The position numbers and the translations under genes were made by a program. From contig NMRA01000338.1 in NCBI GenBank assembly GCA_002633005.1, positions 95,429 through 159,428 of the forward strand: DNA of 64,000 nucleotides, in the 5' to 3' direction. The notes under the pieces are model-generated. The model ran no database searches and was not told the DNA's origin. It saw only the letters and a program-made list of their open reading frames with translations. This document shows, one piece after another, positions 55,301 through 64,000 of the stretch. Each line of letters begins with the position of its first letter. Within the stretch, counting starts at the first letter, position 1. The stretch comes from Phoronis australis. Its lineage: Eukaryota; Animalia; Phoronida.

Positions 55301-56910
55301 AGCACACTTCTCATCTCTGGGTAATGAGTTGCCACTCTCAACAATCCCTGTCTCTGGCAACACATGATTAGTCTCCGCAGGCATGATATTCAGATCAGCA
55401 CCATGAGATCCGCCAGAATATGTATTTGGCTTCGGTGTGGTTGCATTCGGTTTCTTTATGATGATGTGTGGAGCCGTGTGAAGAGACACTTGGGGTATGG
55501 CAGTGGTTGCAGCAACCTCAACTGTTTTCACACCTTTTTCTGCCTCAAGCTTGTCGACTTCAACTGATGAAATTTCAGAATGGTCTGAAAATATTTTAGT
55601 AGCCACTATATATACAAGGCATGTTCACAAATAACTAAACCAACAAAAACACGACATTCAATTGGAGTGTGAAACATACGACATACAATTTTTTAGCACT
55701 GTGAGAAATGATTTCCGTTTGACTCAGCTTAGCAGTTTTGAAGAAGTAAATATGCTGAGTTGACAAAGACAGCGTGCAACTTCTTTCCCTCACAAGCATT
55801 TTGCAACCCGGGAGACTTTTCCATGAATTTAATATCCCACAGCGCAATGTGGTATTTCAATAGAATAAAAAGAGTTTATAAAAACAGAGTGAAGTCTCAC
55901 TGCTCTTAACCCTCATCCAAATACAGCAAAGAACTTTTATTAATTATATCGTCAAACTTTGTCCACCAAGCATTCTTTCCCCATGAAGTCTTGAAGCATA
56001 TATGTCACCGCTATATCAAAAAATGGCTATCAAAGGGACATTAACGGTTTTACGGCTGAAATGCATTTTTGGGATAGATGTTGGACGGGATAGACTTTTG
56101 GAGTTATTATATAGCTTTGACCACAGCTAAATACAATAAAATCTGTAGTGTTTCTGTGATTTAATGACAAATCATCAATTCTCACAATTCTCTGCCAAAC
56201 ATTCGCTGGTGACTTAAACAATTAAATACTGCTAAAATAATTTGCCATTTATCGAGCAAAACTTTGATCTATAAGCAGAGTGTTTAACTGTTAATGTGGA
56301 GGTTCCTGATTCGAATCCATGTTGGGGCTGATTTCAGGAAACCACTTCTCTCACCAATGCCCCTATAAGATACAAGTACCAGTTACACTGAGAGATAAAA
56401 AACTCAAGAAATAACGAATACTACTAAGTAGTGTTTGATCAAACATTTTTGCATGTTGAACTTGTAAAATTGAAATGCCAACAAATTTATATATGGATTT
56501 ACAAATTCATATATGGATTTATATATATAAATATGTGGGCGCCTAAAAATCTAACTGATATAGTTAGCCCGATAACTGCATTATACTTTAGTTCTGATAA
56601 CTACTCTGTTTATTGTTTGATTCAAGAAATTTTCTCATCTGCAAATTGTTATTGAAAAAATGACGAATTTGAAAAAAGGAGAGAAAAGTACAAATGCCAC
56701 AAAAAGTAGGAAAATATTAAACGTTGGGAGGCCATAGTTCACTTCCCCTGGATCCACCCCAGCACTGCGGCGACCGTCGTAACCCACCTGAGTGTACACA
56801 TGTGATTCCATCACTCTGAAGCTGGCTGCCACTCTGGCAGTCACAGGTATGGCCTCCATCAGCAATGTCTAGACAGATATCATGGCAGAGGTTCCACTCC
56901 CAACAGGAAC
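43219..56910 (-). CDS. EGFLAM: pikachurin/EGFLAM (Drosophila SP2353)-like EGF + 3x laminin G protein, 5'-incomplete, 13 exons traced
   Basis: Spliced order EGF - low-complexity linker - EGF - LamG - EGF - LamG - EGF - LamG - stop; LamG motifs GLLLF, GDFxSxAL, FDxGTG, F.GC; all phases consistent. Orthology versus agrin/eys-like proteins is inferred from architecture only. Confidence 0.8.
44508..44611 (-). CDS. EGFLAM-like exon, LamG3
   Basis: GSSPGSLKQLNIETPLYIG; 104 nt, phase 2->1. Confidence 0.92.
45099..45329 (-). CDS. EGFLAM-like exon, LamG3
   Basis: NGLIFWSG...DYVAIG...YNLGSGE...DDGKWH; 231 nt, phase 2-2. Confidence 0.93.
46096..46174 (-). CDS. EGFLAM-like exon, LamG3 start (PMFRGNSYLSY...ILKR)
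   Basis: 79 nt, phase 1->2. Confidence 0.88.
46763..46943 (-). CDS. EGFLAM-like exon, LamG2 end + EGF (HPCSGAPCMHNGAC...CSCHLGYENTNC)
   Basis: 181 nt, phase 0->1. Confidence 0.92.
47959..48187 (-). CDS. EGFLAM-like exon, LamG2
   Basis: WHVVVFTRTGRDG...FVGG...FRGCIQK; 229 nt, phase 2->0. Confidence 0.93.
49072..49321. mobile_element. short MITE
   Basis: CATGGGCC..ATTCCAAGAAATTGACTTA / TAAGTCAGTTATCTTGAAATGGCCCATG. Confidence 0.6.
49459..49875. mobile_element. Harbinger-like MITE
   Basis: TIR GTCCACACACAG.CT.ACCCTAGAACA / TGTTCTAGGGTAAGTCTGTGTGTGGAC. Confidence 0.75.
50490..50730 (-). CDS. EGFLAM-like exon, LamG2 start
   Basis: VPKFLGHSYL...NGLLFYNG...GDFMSLAL...FDLGTGPAVIR; 241 nt, phase 1->2. 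Confidence 0.93.
51435..51560 (-). CDS. EGFLAM-like exon, EGF (CARSECTNGGYC...CMCPRGFAGKTC)
   Basis: 126 nt, phase 1-1. Confidence 0.92.
52461..52656 (-). CDS. EGFLAM-like exon, LamG1 end (GPFSRIT...FFLGG...GFVGCV...GDAIYGADV)
   Basis: 196 nt, phase 0->1. Confidence 0.92.
53106..53307. repeat. ~56-60 bp minisatellite made of an exon-end/donor-site unit (3.5 copies)
   Basis: Units start at 53106, 53166, 53225 and 53281; the last contains the real donor. Confidence 0.85.
53291..53435 (-). CDS. EGFLAM-like exon, LamG1 middle (FDCGTGKAIIRS...PGKSK)
   Basis: 145 nt, phase 2->0, AAG acceptor. Confidence 0.9.
54659..54863 (-). CDS. EGFLAM-like exon, LamG1 start (RFPKFRGESFLAF...GDFFSVALVDQGYIEFR)
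   Basis: 205 nt, phase 1->2. Confidence 0.92.
55198..55584 (-). CDS. EGFLAM-like exon, linker + EGF (CAGLFCINRGRC...CRCPIGFGGDRCEK)
   Basis: 387 nt, phase 1-1. Confidence 0.9.
56788..56910 (-). CDS. EGFLAM-like exon, EGF domain (CWEWNLCHDICLDIADGGHTCDCQSGSQLQSDGITC)
   Basis: Six-Cys EGF spacing; 123 nt, phase 1-1; this frame is not in the ORF track. Confidence 0.85.
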
Positions 56911-57059
56911 CTGAAATGTATTACAGTTCCCTTTCTAAATACAGACAATTAATAAATGCCATCAATTGTGTGTGCCTATAATACAGCTACCAAACAGGTT
57001 CTAAGTGTATGTTTTGAATTTATGGAAATCAATGTTTACACGAGCATTACACAGAACCT

Positions 57060-57885
57060 TGAAATGCGCCCGCGAATACATCACAAGGGTTATATTTGTA
57101 TCATAAAATGGCCACTAGGTGGTGGTGCAAAATACCTTGAATCCATTCGAAAACAGGAGGATGGCGTCGCTTCACCAATAAATGCCTATATTCTGAATTT
57201 TGTGAAAATCCGTTAAGGACCTTAGAAGATACAGAGGTAAACGTAAAAAACTAAAATTGCCACTAGGGGGCACACCGGCAGTCAGATACTTCCAACAGCT
57301 GTCGCCGTCTGTTGTCCACTTAAATACACATGCTCAATTTAGGAAAGATCTTGCGTAGTGTTTAGGAGATACAGCCATGGGCGCAAACAAAAACAAAACT
57401 AGGAGCCGTCACAGTAGCCGAACTCGTCGGAAAATCAGTGTCAGCCGTCCTCTTCATAGTCAGAATATGTATGCCACTTTTCACAATCATTCTTAGACCG
57501 GTTTGGTTGACAGAGGTGCAGATGCCAAAAACACTTAAAAACAGTTAAAATGGCCACTAGATACCACAAAATACCTCGAATGAGATCGAAAACGAGAGGA
57601 TAGTGTCATCTCTCTAATAGATGCCTATATGCCAAACTTTAAATGAAAATCCGTTGAAGACCTTCGAGGATAGAGGTGAAAGTAAAAAACTAAAATTGCT
57701 ACTAGGGGGCACACCGATACTCGGATGTACCCGAAAGTTCGCTCATGTCGTCTCAACCATGAAAGGAACATATGTGCAAAATTTCATGAACGTATGTCAA
57801 AGGGTTTTGGAGAAAGAGCAGCGTACGCCCGACGGATGGAGGGGGTATGATGCATCCACATATAAATATGTTGGCACATAAAAGT
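57060..57885 (+). mobile_element. Helentron/HINE-like element with ~145 bp subrepeats
   Basis: AAAAT(G/T)GCCACTAG(G) at ~57106, 57254, 57547, 57693; AAATTTCATGAA; ends with GACGGATGGA. Confidence 0.55.
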
Positions 57886-59925
57886 GCATACTTCAACACA
57901 CATCTTTCTTTTGTACTAGTTGAAAGGCATATTCCAACTGTTTTCACACTCAAAAATTTCAACAATAATTTACCCAGCTATAATGCCACAAGGCTAGCTA
58001 CCACAAGGTAGACTAGGTGTGGTAATTGTTACAATTAATAAATACATGTTTCTTCAAGAAATCAATAAAGACCCTAACAACTCACATGCATGAAAAATGC
58101 AATGACCCAGCAATTGATAACCAAGCAGTAAGTATACATCAATTTAACAAAAGACAGTTTCCTAAACATGGAACACAATTGGTGGAAATGCTGAATATAC
58201 AAGTCCAACTGGGAAAAACTAAGACGCCTCAGTCAGTGAAGGTGAAAACTTCAGGTGAAGACTGAACAACAGCTAATGCAGAAAGATAAAATCACCTATT
58301 GTCTTTGTTGCTAGAGACAAACAATTTTTTATCACAATTCAGGATTTTATGTCTCCACTTGTCTAAATATCTTTAACGTATAGCAATTCTACTTAACATA
58401 ATCACAGTTTTACTCCCAGTTAAACACACTAGCTATTCGATGGGCACAGGTTATCGGCAGTTCATTGTCCAAATTAATAATGATTCATAGAGATTAGTGG
58501 AATGTAATTATAAAATTGCAATTTATAGCCAAATATCCATAGATCAAGTACATTCCGACTCAGACAAACATTCCAGCCACAGATTTTAAATTATATGTGC
58601 AAAATGATCAAGTAAGAAAAATGCATGCTCTTGACGCATGGCAGTGAAGATAGCAACAGGGTCAGATCCGACGACTGAGAAATTGTGTGGACTTGGCGGA
58701 TCACTTCATGGATGACAGTATGCCTGGTGACCGTTTTCATTTCATTTGTCATGCATCGTCCTTTTAAGACAACTAATTAGCATCAAAGCAATGTATTTTT
58801 TTGTGATAATTTTTAGCGAATGAAAACTGATGCCTGGAGAGTTAAATCAATGAAAATGCACGTCACGTTTCATAAACTTAAACTATAAATGAAAAGGTCG
58901 TGGTCACAGAAGGAAGAAAAACAAATAGAAAATGGGATATGCTGATTTTGTGAAATTTTTTCGTGAAATATTGTCTCAAGGTTTTGAAACTGGAAAACAA
59001 TGTCAGTTGAAAATTAGCCGTAAGGAAATGTCGATCGATAACTGACACATTTTTAACTAAATAACAAGCGCATCATCTTGAAATGTCACACCTTAGTTCT
59101 GCAGTGAGTTGGGCATCACGAAGATTTTCCCACAGATGGACCGTCTTGCGGATCTGTCTTTAGCCAGTGACTTTTTGCTTTCATTTTTATGTAAATCATT
59201 TTCATCTGAAGCAGATATTAAAATCTGTACTGCGGAAAACAACAAGACTTTGAAGCAGTTTCGTATTTTTTATCACAAAGGATTAGCATGGTCGGAATAC
59301 GACCTCACTTGTCAATCATCATTTACCTGCGAAGAAAGATAATATGGTAGAGTGCCTCGAGAAAGTGGTCTCCATCAAAAGTTTAAGGAACACGGGCACG
59401 TAGCTACTTTAAAGGCCCTTTCCCATACAGTTAATTTTGCTACAATGGAAGCTTCGATGTTAACTGTGGTTTACCCCCAAAGTTGAGTGTGAATGTTCAC
59501 ATCAATTTCGGAGTTATAGTTCAGCAAAGTTATAACAAGGCGGCACCAATATATGACCTTGACCTGCACAATGACGTTTATATAATTAATTTATTTCATT
59601 GGCCCTATATAGGCTTGTATGCCATCTAAAATGTCAAGGACCTCCCCCTCTCCCCACATAGACATATCCGGATGTCAACTTCAGAAGGCAACAGTGGTTG
59701 CCACGTTGCGATAAAGAAGATTAACGACATTTTAGCAGAAAATTGGAGTCTTGTGGCTTGAAGCAGATCCGTGTAAGGGCGGTATGACATTTAGCGCGAA
59801 CACGTTTTGCGTACACAAAGCATTGTTTTTTTAGGAAAGAATCCAGCAACCTCGTGGATAAATTGAAGCACAATGCTTGTACTGTCAAAATAACAAATAT
59901 CAGACAAAATATTAATAAATTACCA

Positions 59926-60856
59926 CAGAGGCGGATTTAGTTAGTTAGATTTGGTTGTCGCAAAAAAATAGAACAGCAAGAGCGTAGGGAAATGTTGAGT
60001 TTATTAATTAACCCCAGTAATTAAAATTATACGGATGAAACAAGATTTAAATGTTGGGGGGGGCTCAGATCCAATTTCAAGTGTCAAATTCGGAACACGG
60101 CGCATTCGTAACGGAACTATGGCTAAGTATAAGCTCTCCCACAATATCCCAGGCGACCGACAGTGGTGTTGCGCACTACGACTCCGTTTCCGTCGTCTGC
60201 TCCACTGTGCAATGAAGTAAATTTACTTCATTTTTTAAAGAAAATGGAACCTGAGTGACGATGAAAAAACAGAAACTGCTGGTAAGATGTGAATTTTAAT
60301 CGAAGCCGTGGTGAATCACTTAGAAACTCATAATTCTCTCTTTGTCACTTTGTCAAACCTTAAATTAAGACGATTTCCAAAGCAATCCCGTCATTATTGC
60401 CAACACGAAAAACGGATTTGGTCTTTTGGGCATTTTAAATACAACAAATTTGTTAAGAACTGATTGCACAAAATATAAAACGTGTAATAAGCATTACAAA
60501 AAGAAGTATAGGTTTCACGCGCAAACGCTGTGGACCATGTAAGTAGGTATCTTAGCACTAGAGTAGTAGTTAAATCGTGGTGGTGTAGTGGTAAAGCACG
60601 CGCGCTCTATCCGCCAGGTCGTGAGTTCGAGTCTGTGGTACATGCGGTTTCTCCTGTTTGACACGTTCTCCTTGTTTTTTTGCCTTTTTTTCTTGGATAA
60701 TACTTCAGGAATCAAGGAAAAAGCTTGATTTTTAGAGGAAAAACAGAAAATTTTCCCCCCATTTGGTGCTATGTGCATCTACAATCGTGGTTTGTGCAAA
60801 TGCTTACAGCTGGACAAAATGTTGGGCCCCCTTGTGATTTCCTAGATCCGCCACTG
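59926..60856. mobile_element. hAT-like element with exact 5-bp TSD TACCA
   Basis: CAGAGGCGGATTTAG ... CTAGATCCGCCACTG, with TACCA on both sides. Confidence 0.75.
60576..60645 (+). repeat. tRNA-derived SINE head or tRNA pseudogene
   Basis: Pol III A box TGGTGTAGTGG (60581) and B box GAGTTCGAGTC (60623) at tRNA-like spacing; no proper acceptor or anticodon stem. Confidence 0.55.
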
Positions 60857-63499
60857 TACCAACCACTTTTGGTGAACGCAGTGACACCTGCCGATAACTC
60901 CGATGGCATTGAAGTCAATTAAGTGTTCTCATTATTCCGAAGAGTTGATGTTTCGCTGTTAAATTCACCTCTTAGTTTGGAATGTACTAGCGCTGTCAAC
61001 TTCGAGAAAAGATCAAAGTTAAGTGTTCCCACTACCGAAGCTTCGACAATAGCGAAGGTTGGGAGGCAAGATGAAAAAGGCCTTTTTATGTAGGCCCTTA
61101 TCAACAAATCTGTTTATTTACCCATGTATCTACAAAACTATAGCTTTTAATTCAATAAACGAATGACAGTGATTAAGTGTCAATCATTAAGCTACTGTTA
61201 CACTATCCTGTACCCATGTTCTGGATATGAACCAACCCATTTACCTAAAAGCTTGGTTTGTGAGAACAAGTTACTGACTCCAGTTATTGACATTTAATCC
61301 TGTGCATTTAATGCACTGATGAGTCACTATAGCTGATTGATTTCAAGTACTCAGATTCAGCTTGTGGGCTGATCATTCGCATCATAATCATACTACCAGC
61401 TATCTTCCATCAATCTTGTCTGACTTTTGACTCAGTCCAATCCTGGTGTTCTTGTAGGTCACAGGCACCTGAAGCTATTTTCACACGTTATGAGTAATGC
61501 AACCAGCTGGGATGAGAATGCCAACGAATATTCAACATCATCTTTTAGCAGAAATGTACATTAACCACAATGAATAAAATTCATCTGGAACTTTTAACCA
61601 GAAAGTGAGAAGGACGAATATATACATGACATTCAACTCAAAACAAAGGTCTAATGAAAACAAACAGGAACAGTCTCACATGTGTTAAGAACAACACAGA
61701 TCACATTAAGTTGTATCCCTGAGGAATAAGTGTCTCTGCGTAAGCACAAACCAGATTTTTTTATTTCCCATTAGCCCAGCAACATTTAACTTGAACTGAC
61801 AGCACTGCAAAGCCAATTGCACTTGAAAGTAAAACTCATTAGCTGCATTGACAGGTTAGATTCTGAGGAACTGTCATGTCATGACAACCACAGAAGACCA
61901 CTGAACCGAAATCTCTGTAATTAATCTTCACAGCACACCCATGAGAATTTCACCAGACTGAAAAACTTTTGTCTGCATACGAAACTATGCAGCCCACTCA
62001 CATGACATCTCAGTTGAGGCCGCTATGAAATCAAAAAACAACATTAAATCCTGACTGCACTTACAGTTCTAAAACTGTTGTCTAATATGTACCTTATTCA
62101 AATTAGAGTGATTCCTGATATTGGAAAAAATGACAGATCCTTATTGCTCAAACAAAAACTGACTGTCGATCAGCACTAGTAAGGTCTCTCCAAGTCCAGA
62201 AAATGCTTCTCAGCTTAGAAAGTTCAGACCACTATACAGCAGCACTAGTAAATGGTCTATGGTGTAAATCAATGGTTCGTTTCAACACGAGTTTACAGTT
62301 TGAGCTTTAAATCTCCTAACTTGTATAAATTTTACAGGGCTACCAATGTTTCACGTGATGAGTCCTTTGGCCTGTTTTTAAAGCTACCAATGTTTCACGT
62401 GATGAGTTTGTGCTTCTTGCTATTTGTGACTTTCACCTGGATTGACACCTCTACAAAAGTTGGCATCAACAACCATAAGTTGGCTGTAATTCACACGATA
62501 TGATCAACAATATCTGTGGATAAGATACCGCAGTACCAGTGATCTTAATGCCTAAAGACCTGTTTTGTGTTTTCTACAGTTCTCTTTACTTGCATTCACC
62601 AAGATTTTCAAATACTTTTCTAAAACTATTTTTGTTTTGAACTTTACAACCTTTGGCACATCACAAAGAAGCATTGTATATTTTTTTCAAAAAAGTGCTC
62701 CAAACGAATTACTTTATGAATGAAGTAAAAATTGTAGAGATAAATTCAAAACAGCTGTATCAGCATGCCAAAAACAGTTACAATGAGTGTTTGTGTTGGT
62801 TTTCATTGCATGTCATGCAAATCCCTCTGAAGGACAACTAAGGGGTACCAAAGCAAGGTGATTTTTTGTGGCAGAAAGTATGGGTCATATTTAAGCCAAT
62901 GACACTAGCGCACTCAACAGTTAATGTTTTTTAAGCCAATAGAAATGCATGTGCAACTTTTCATGCAGTAAAACTATGAATGAAAAGGCTGCATTGATTA
63001 TATCAGCTTCAAGTGAACAAAAACTATTACCGAACAGGAAATTCTGCATGCACTATAAACTGGCGAAAACACAACAGCGGGGCTGAGAGAAACAGAGAAA
63101 CGTTAATGTAACTTATTTATCTCAATGCATTAACATGGTTCCAGATACAGTGTTTAGCTGTCAATCATTGGTGAACTACAAACTGATAACAAAGAGAATA
63201 GTGCATCAGACAATACAGAATGCATCACATTCATTTACAAGGGTGCTGCATTTTGAGAAACAGTTTTGTCCACTGAATACTGGGTTCTCAAAATCCCTTT
63301 ATAGCATTCGCAGCATAGTTTTAAATCCCTGTATACATTGACAGAAGTATGACTTATTGTTTAGCAAGTTTAATTACTGGTATATTTTGTATCATTTTAA
63401 AGAGACAACAGAACTTACACTAGAGCACTGAGTAACTTGCTTTATTTCGATCGAATGCCAAAACTTACAATTATACACATGAAACTCTTAATACCTTAA

Positions 63500-64000
63500 A
63501 GGCAACCTTTTTCCATGTCATTTTGAGCTAAAATAAGGTTGGTTGGTTATCCTAGACATATTTTCCACTTAATTACAGTTTTTCGTAATTTTATTAATTA
63601 CTCGTCCGCTACTGCGGAAGTGACGTTTTAGGAGGCAAGCATTTCGCACCAATTTCTTTTCATATAATCTGACGATGAGAGCTGCCGAGTCAGTCATTGT
63701 TCTACCTCGGTTGTGTTAAGTTCCGCAGTCATTTGCTTTCATTTACTAATCAGTCAACATGCCACACTGTTGCTGCGTACCGGAATGTACTAGTTATCGG
63801 CTCACGCGCGCTTTGGGAGTACCTTTGCATCGCTTTCCGATGCATGACACACTTCGCCGTACTTGGCTCGTTCGTGTGAAGAACGCAGCGTTACCCGTCC
63901 ACGCAACGTACAAAGCAGTGGAGAATTACCGTGTGTGTGGCAAGCACTTTCTGCCCTCCGGTTACGAAAGGGATTTGTACGCTGAACTGATGAAGGTCCC
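63500..64000 (+). mobile_element. left end of a probable Kolobok-like DNA transposon
   Basis: TTAA (63496-63499) followed by AGGCAACC, ~260 bp upstream of a THAP ORF; right end lies outside the window. Confidence 0.5.
63759..64000 (+). CDS. THAP zinc-finger domain ORF, open at the window end; probable N-terminus of a Kolobok-type transposase
   Basis: MPHCCCVPEC...LHRFP...RRTWLVRV...RVCGKHF...YERDLYAELM: C2CH THAP signature with the conserved P, W, F; no stop before 64000. Confidence 0.85.
   Translation, partial: MPHCCCVPECTSYRLTRALGVPLHRFPMHDTLRRTWLVRVKNAALPVHATYKAVENYRVCGKHFLPSGYERDLYAELMKV

Larger units (their letters stand above)
59410..61086. mobile_element. older Harbinger-like TIR element hosting the 59926-60856 insertion
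   Basis: Degenerate TIRs AAAGGCCCTTTCCCAT...GAAGCTTCG / CGAAGCTTC...ATGAAAAAGGCCTTT. Confidence 0.4.

Noticed and set aside
56270-56330. tRNA-Asn-like fragment (CTGTTAA loop, TTCGAATCC)
   Set aside because: No intact cloverleaf; at most a decayed tRNA-derived repeat
61397-61468. Possible upstream exon of the EGFLAM-like gene
   Set aside because: Stop codons in all three frames and a weak donor
62339-62407. 25-bp direct repeat containing CACGTG
   Set aside because: Two copies only; a local slippage duplication, not an array or CRISPR-like structure

Overview
AT-rich, intron-rich animal genomic DNA, probably from a heterozygous marine invertebrate draft assembly (lophotrochozoan-like; the species cannot be determined from the sequence). 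There are two multi-exon genes, both on the minus strand. (1) vasa/DDX4, ~6591-33693: ATG exon MSDEDWDND, an RGG/FG-rich N-terminus built from many 24-78 nt exons, two CCHC zinc knuckles, a complete DEAD-box core and a C-terminal EEESWD*. The start of its last exon is lost in an N gap. (2) A pikachurin/EGFLAM/SP2353-like EGF + 3x laminin-G gene, 43219->56910, whose 5' end was not found. I traced all exons by hand using GT-AG sites and phase continuity. Four near-identical tandem duplications are each joined at a single N and look like uncollapsed haplotypes. One of them exposes a polymorphic MITE insertion and a ~1 kb indel. Introns and intergenic DNA are rich in non-autonomous DNA transposons (hAT-like with 5-6 bp TSDs, Harbinger-like, Kolobok-like, a 600 bp foldback, Helentron/HINE-like) and hold a decayed Harbinger-like transposase. 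A THAP-domain ORF missed by the ORF track runs off the right edge. I found no clearly novel biological system. The most interesting observations are candidate alternative vasa microexons, tandem duplications of splice junctions in both genes, and the vasa-EGFLAM adjacency.
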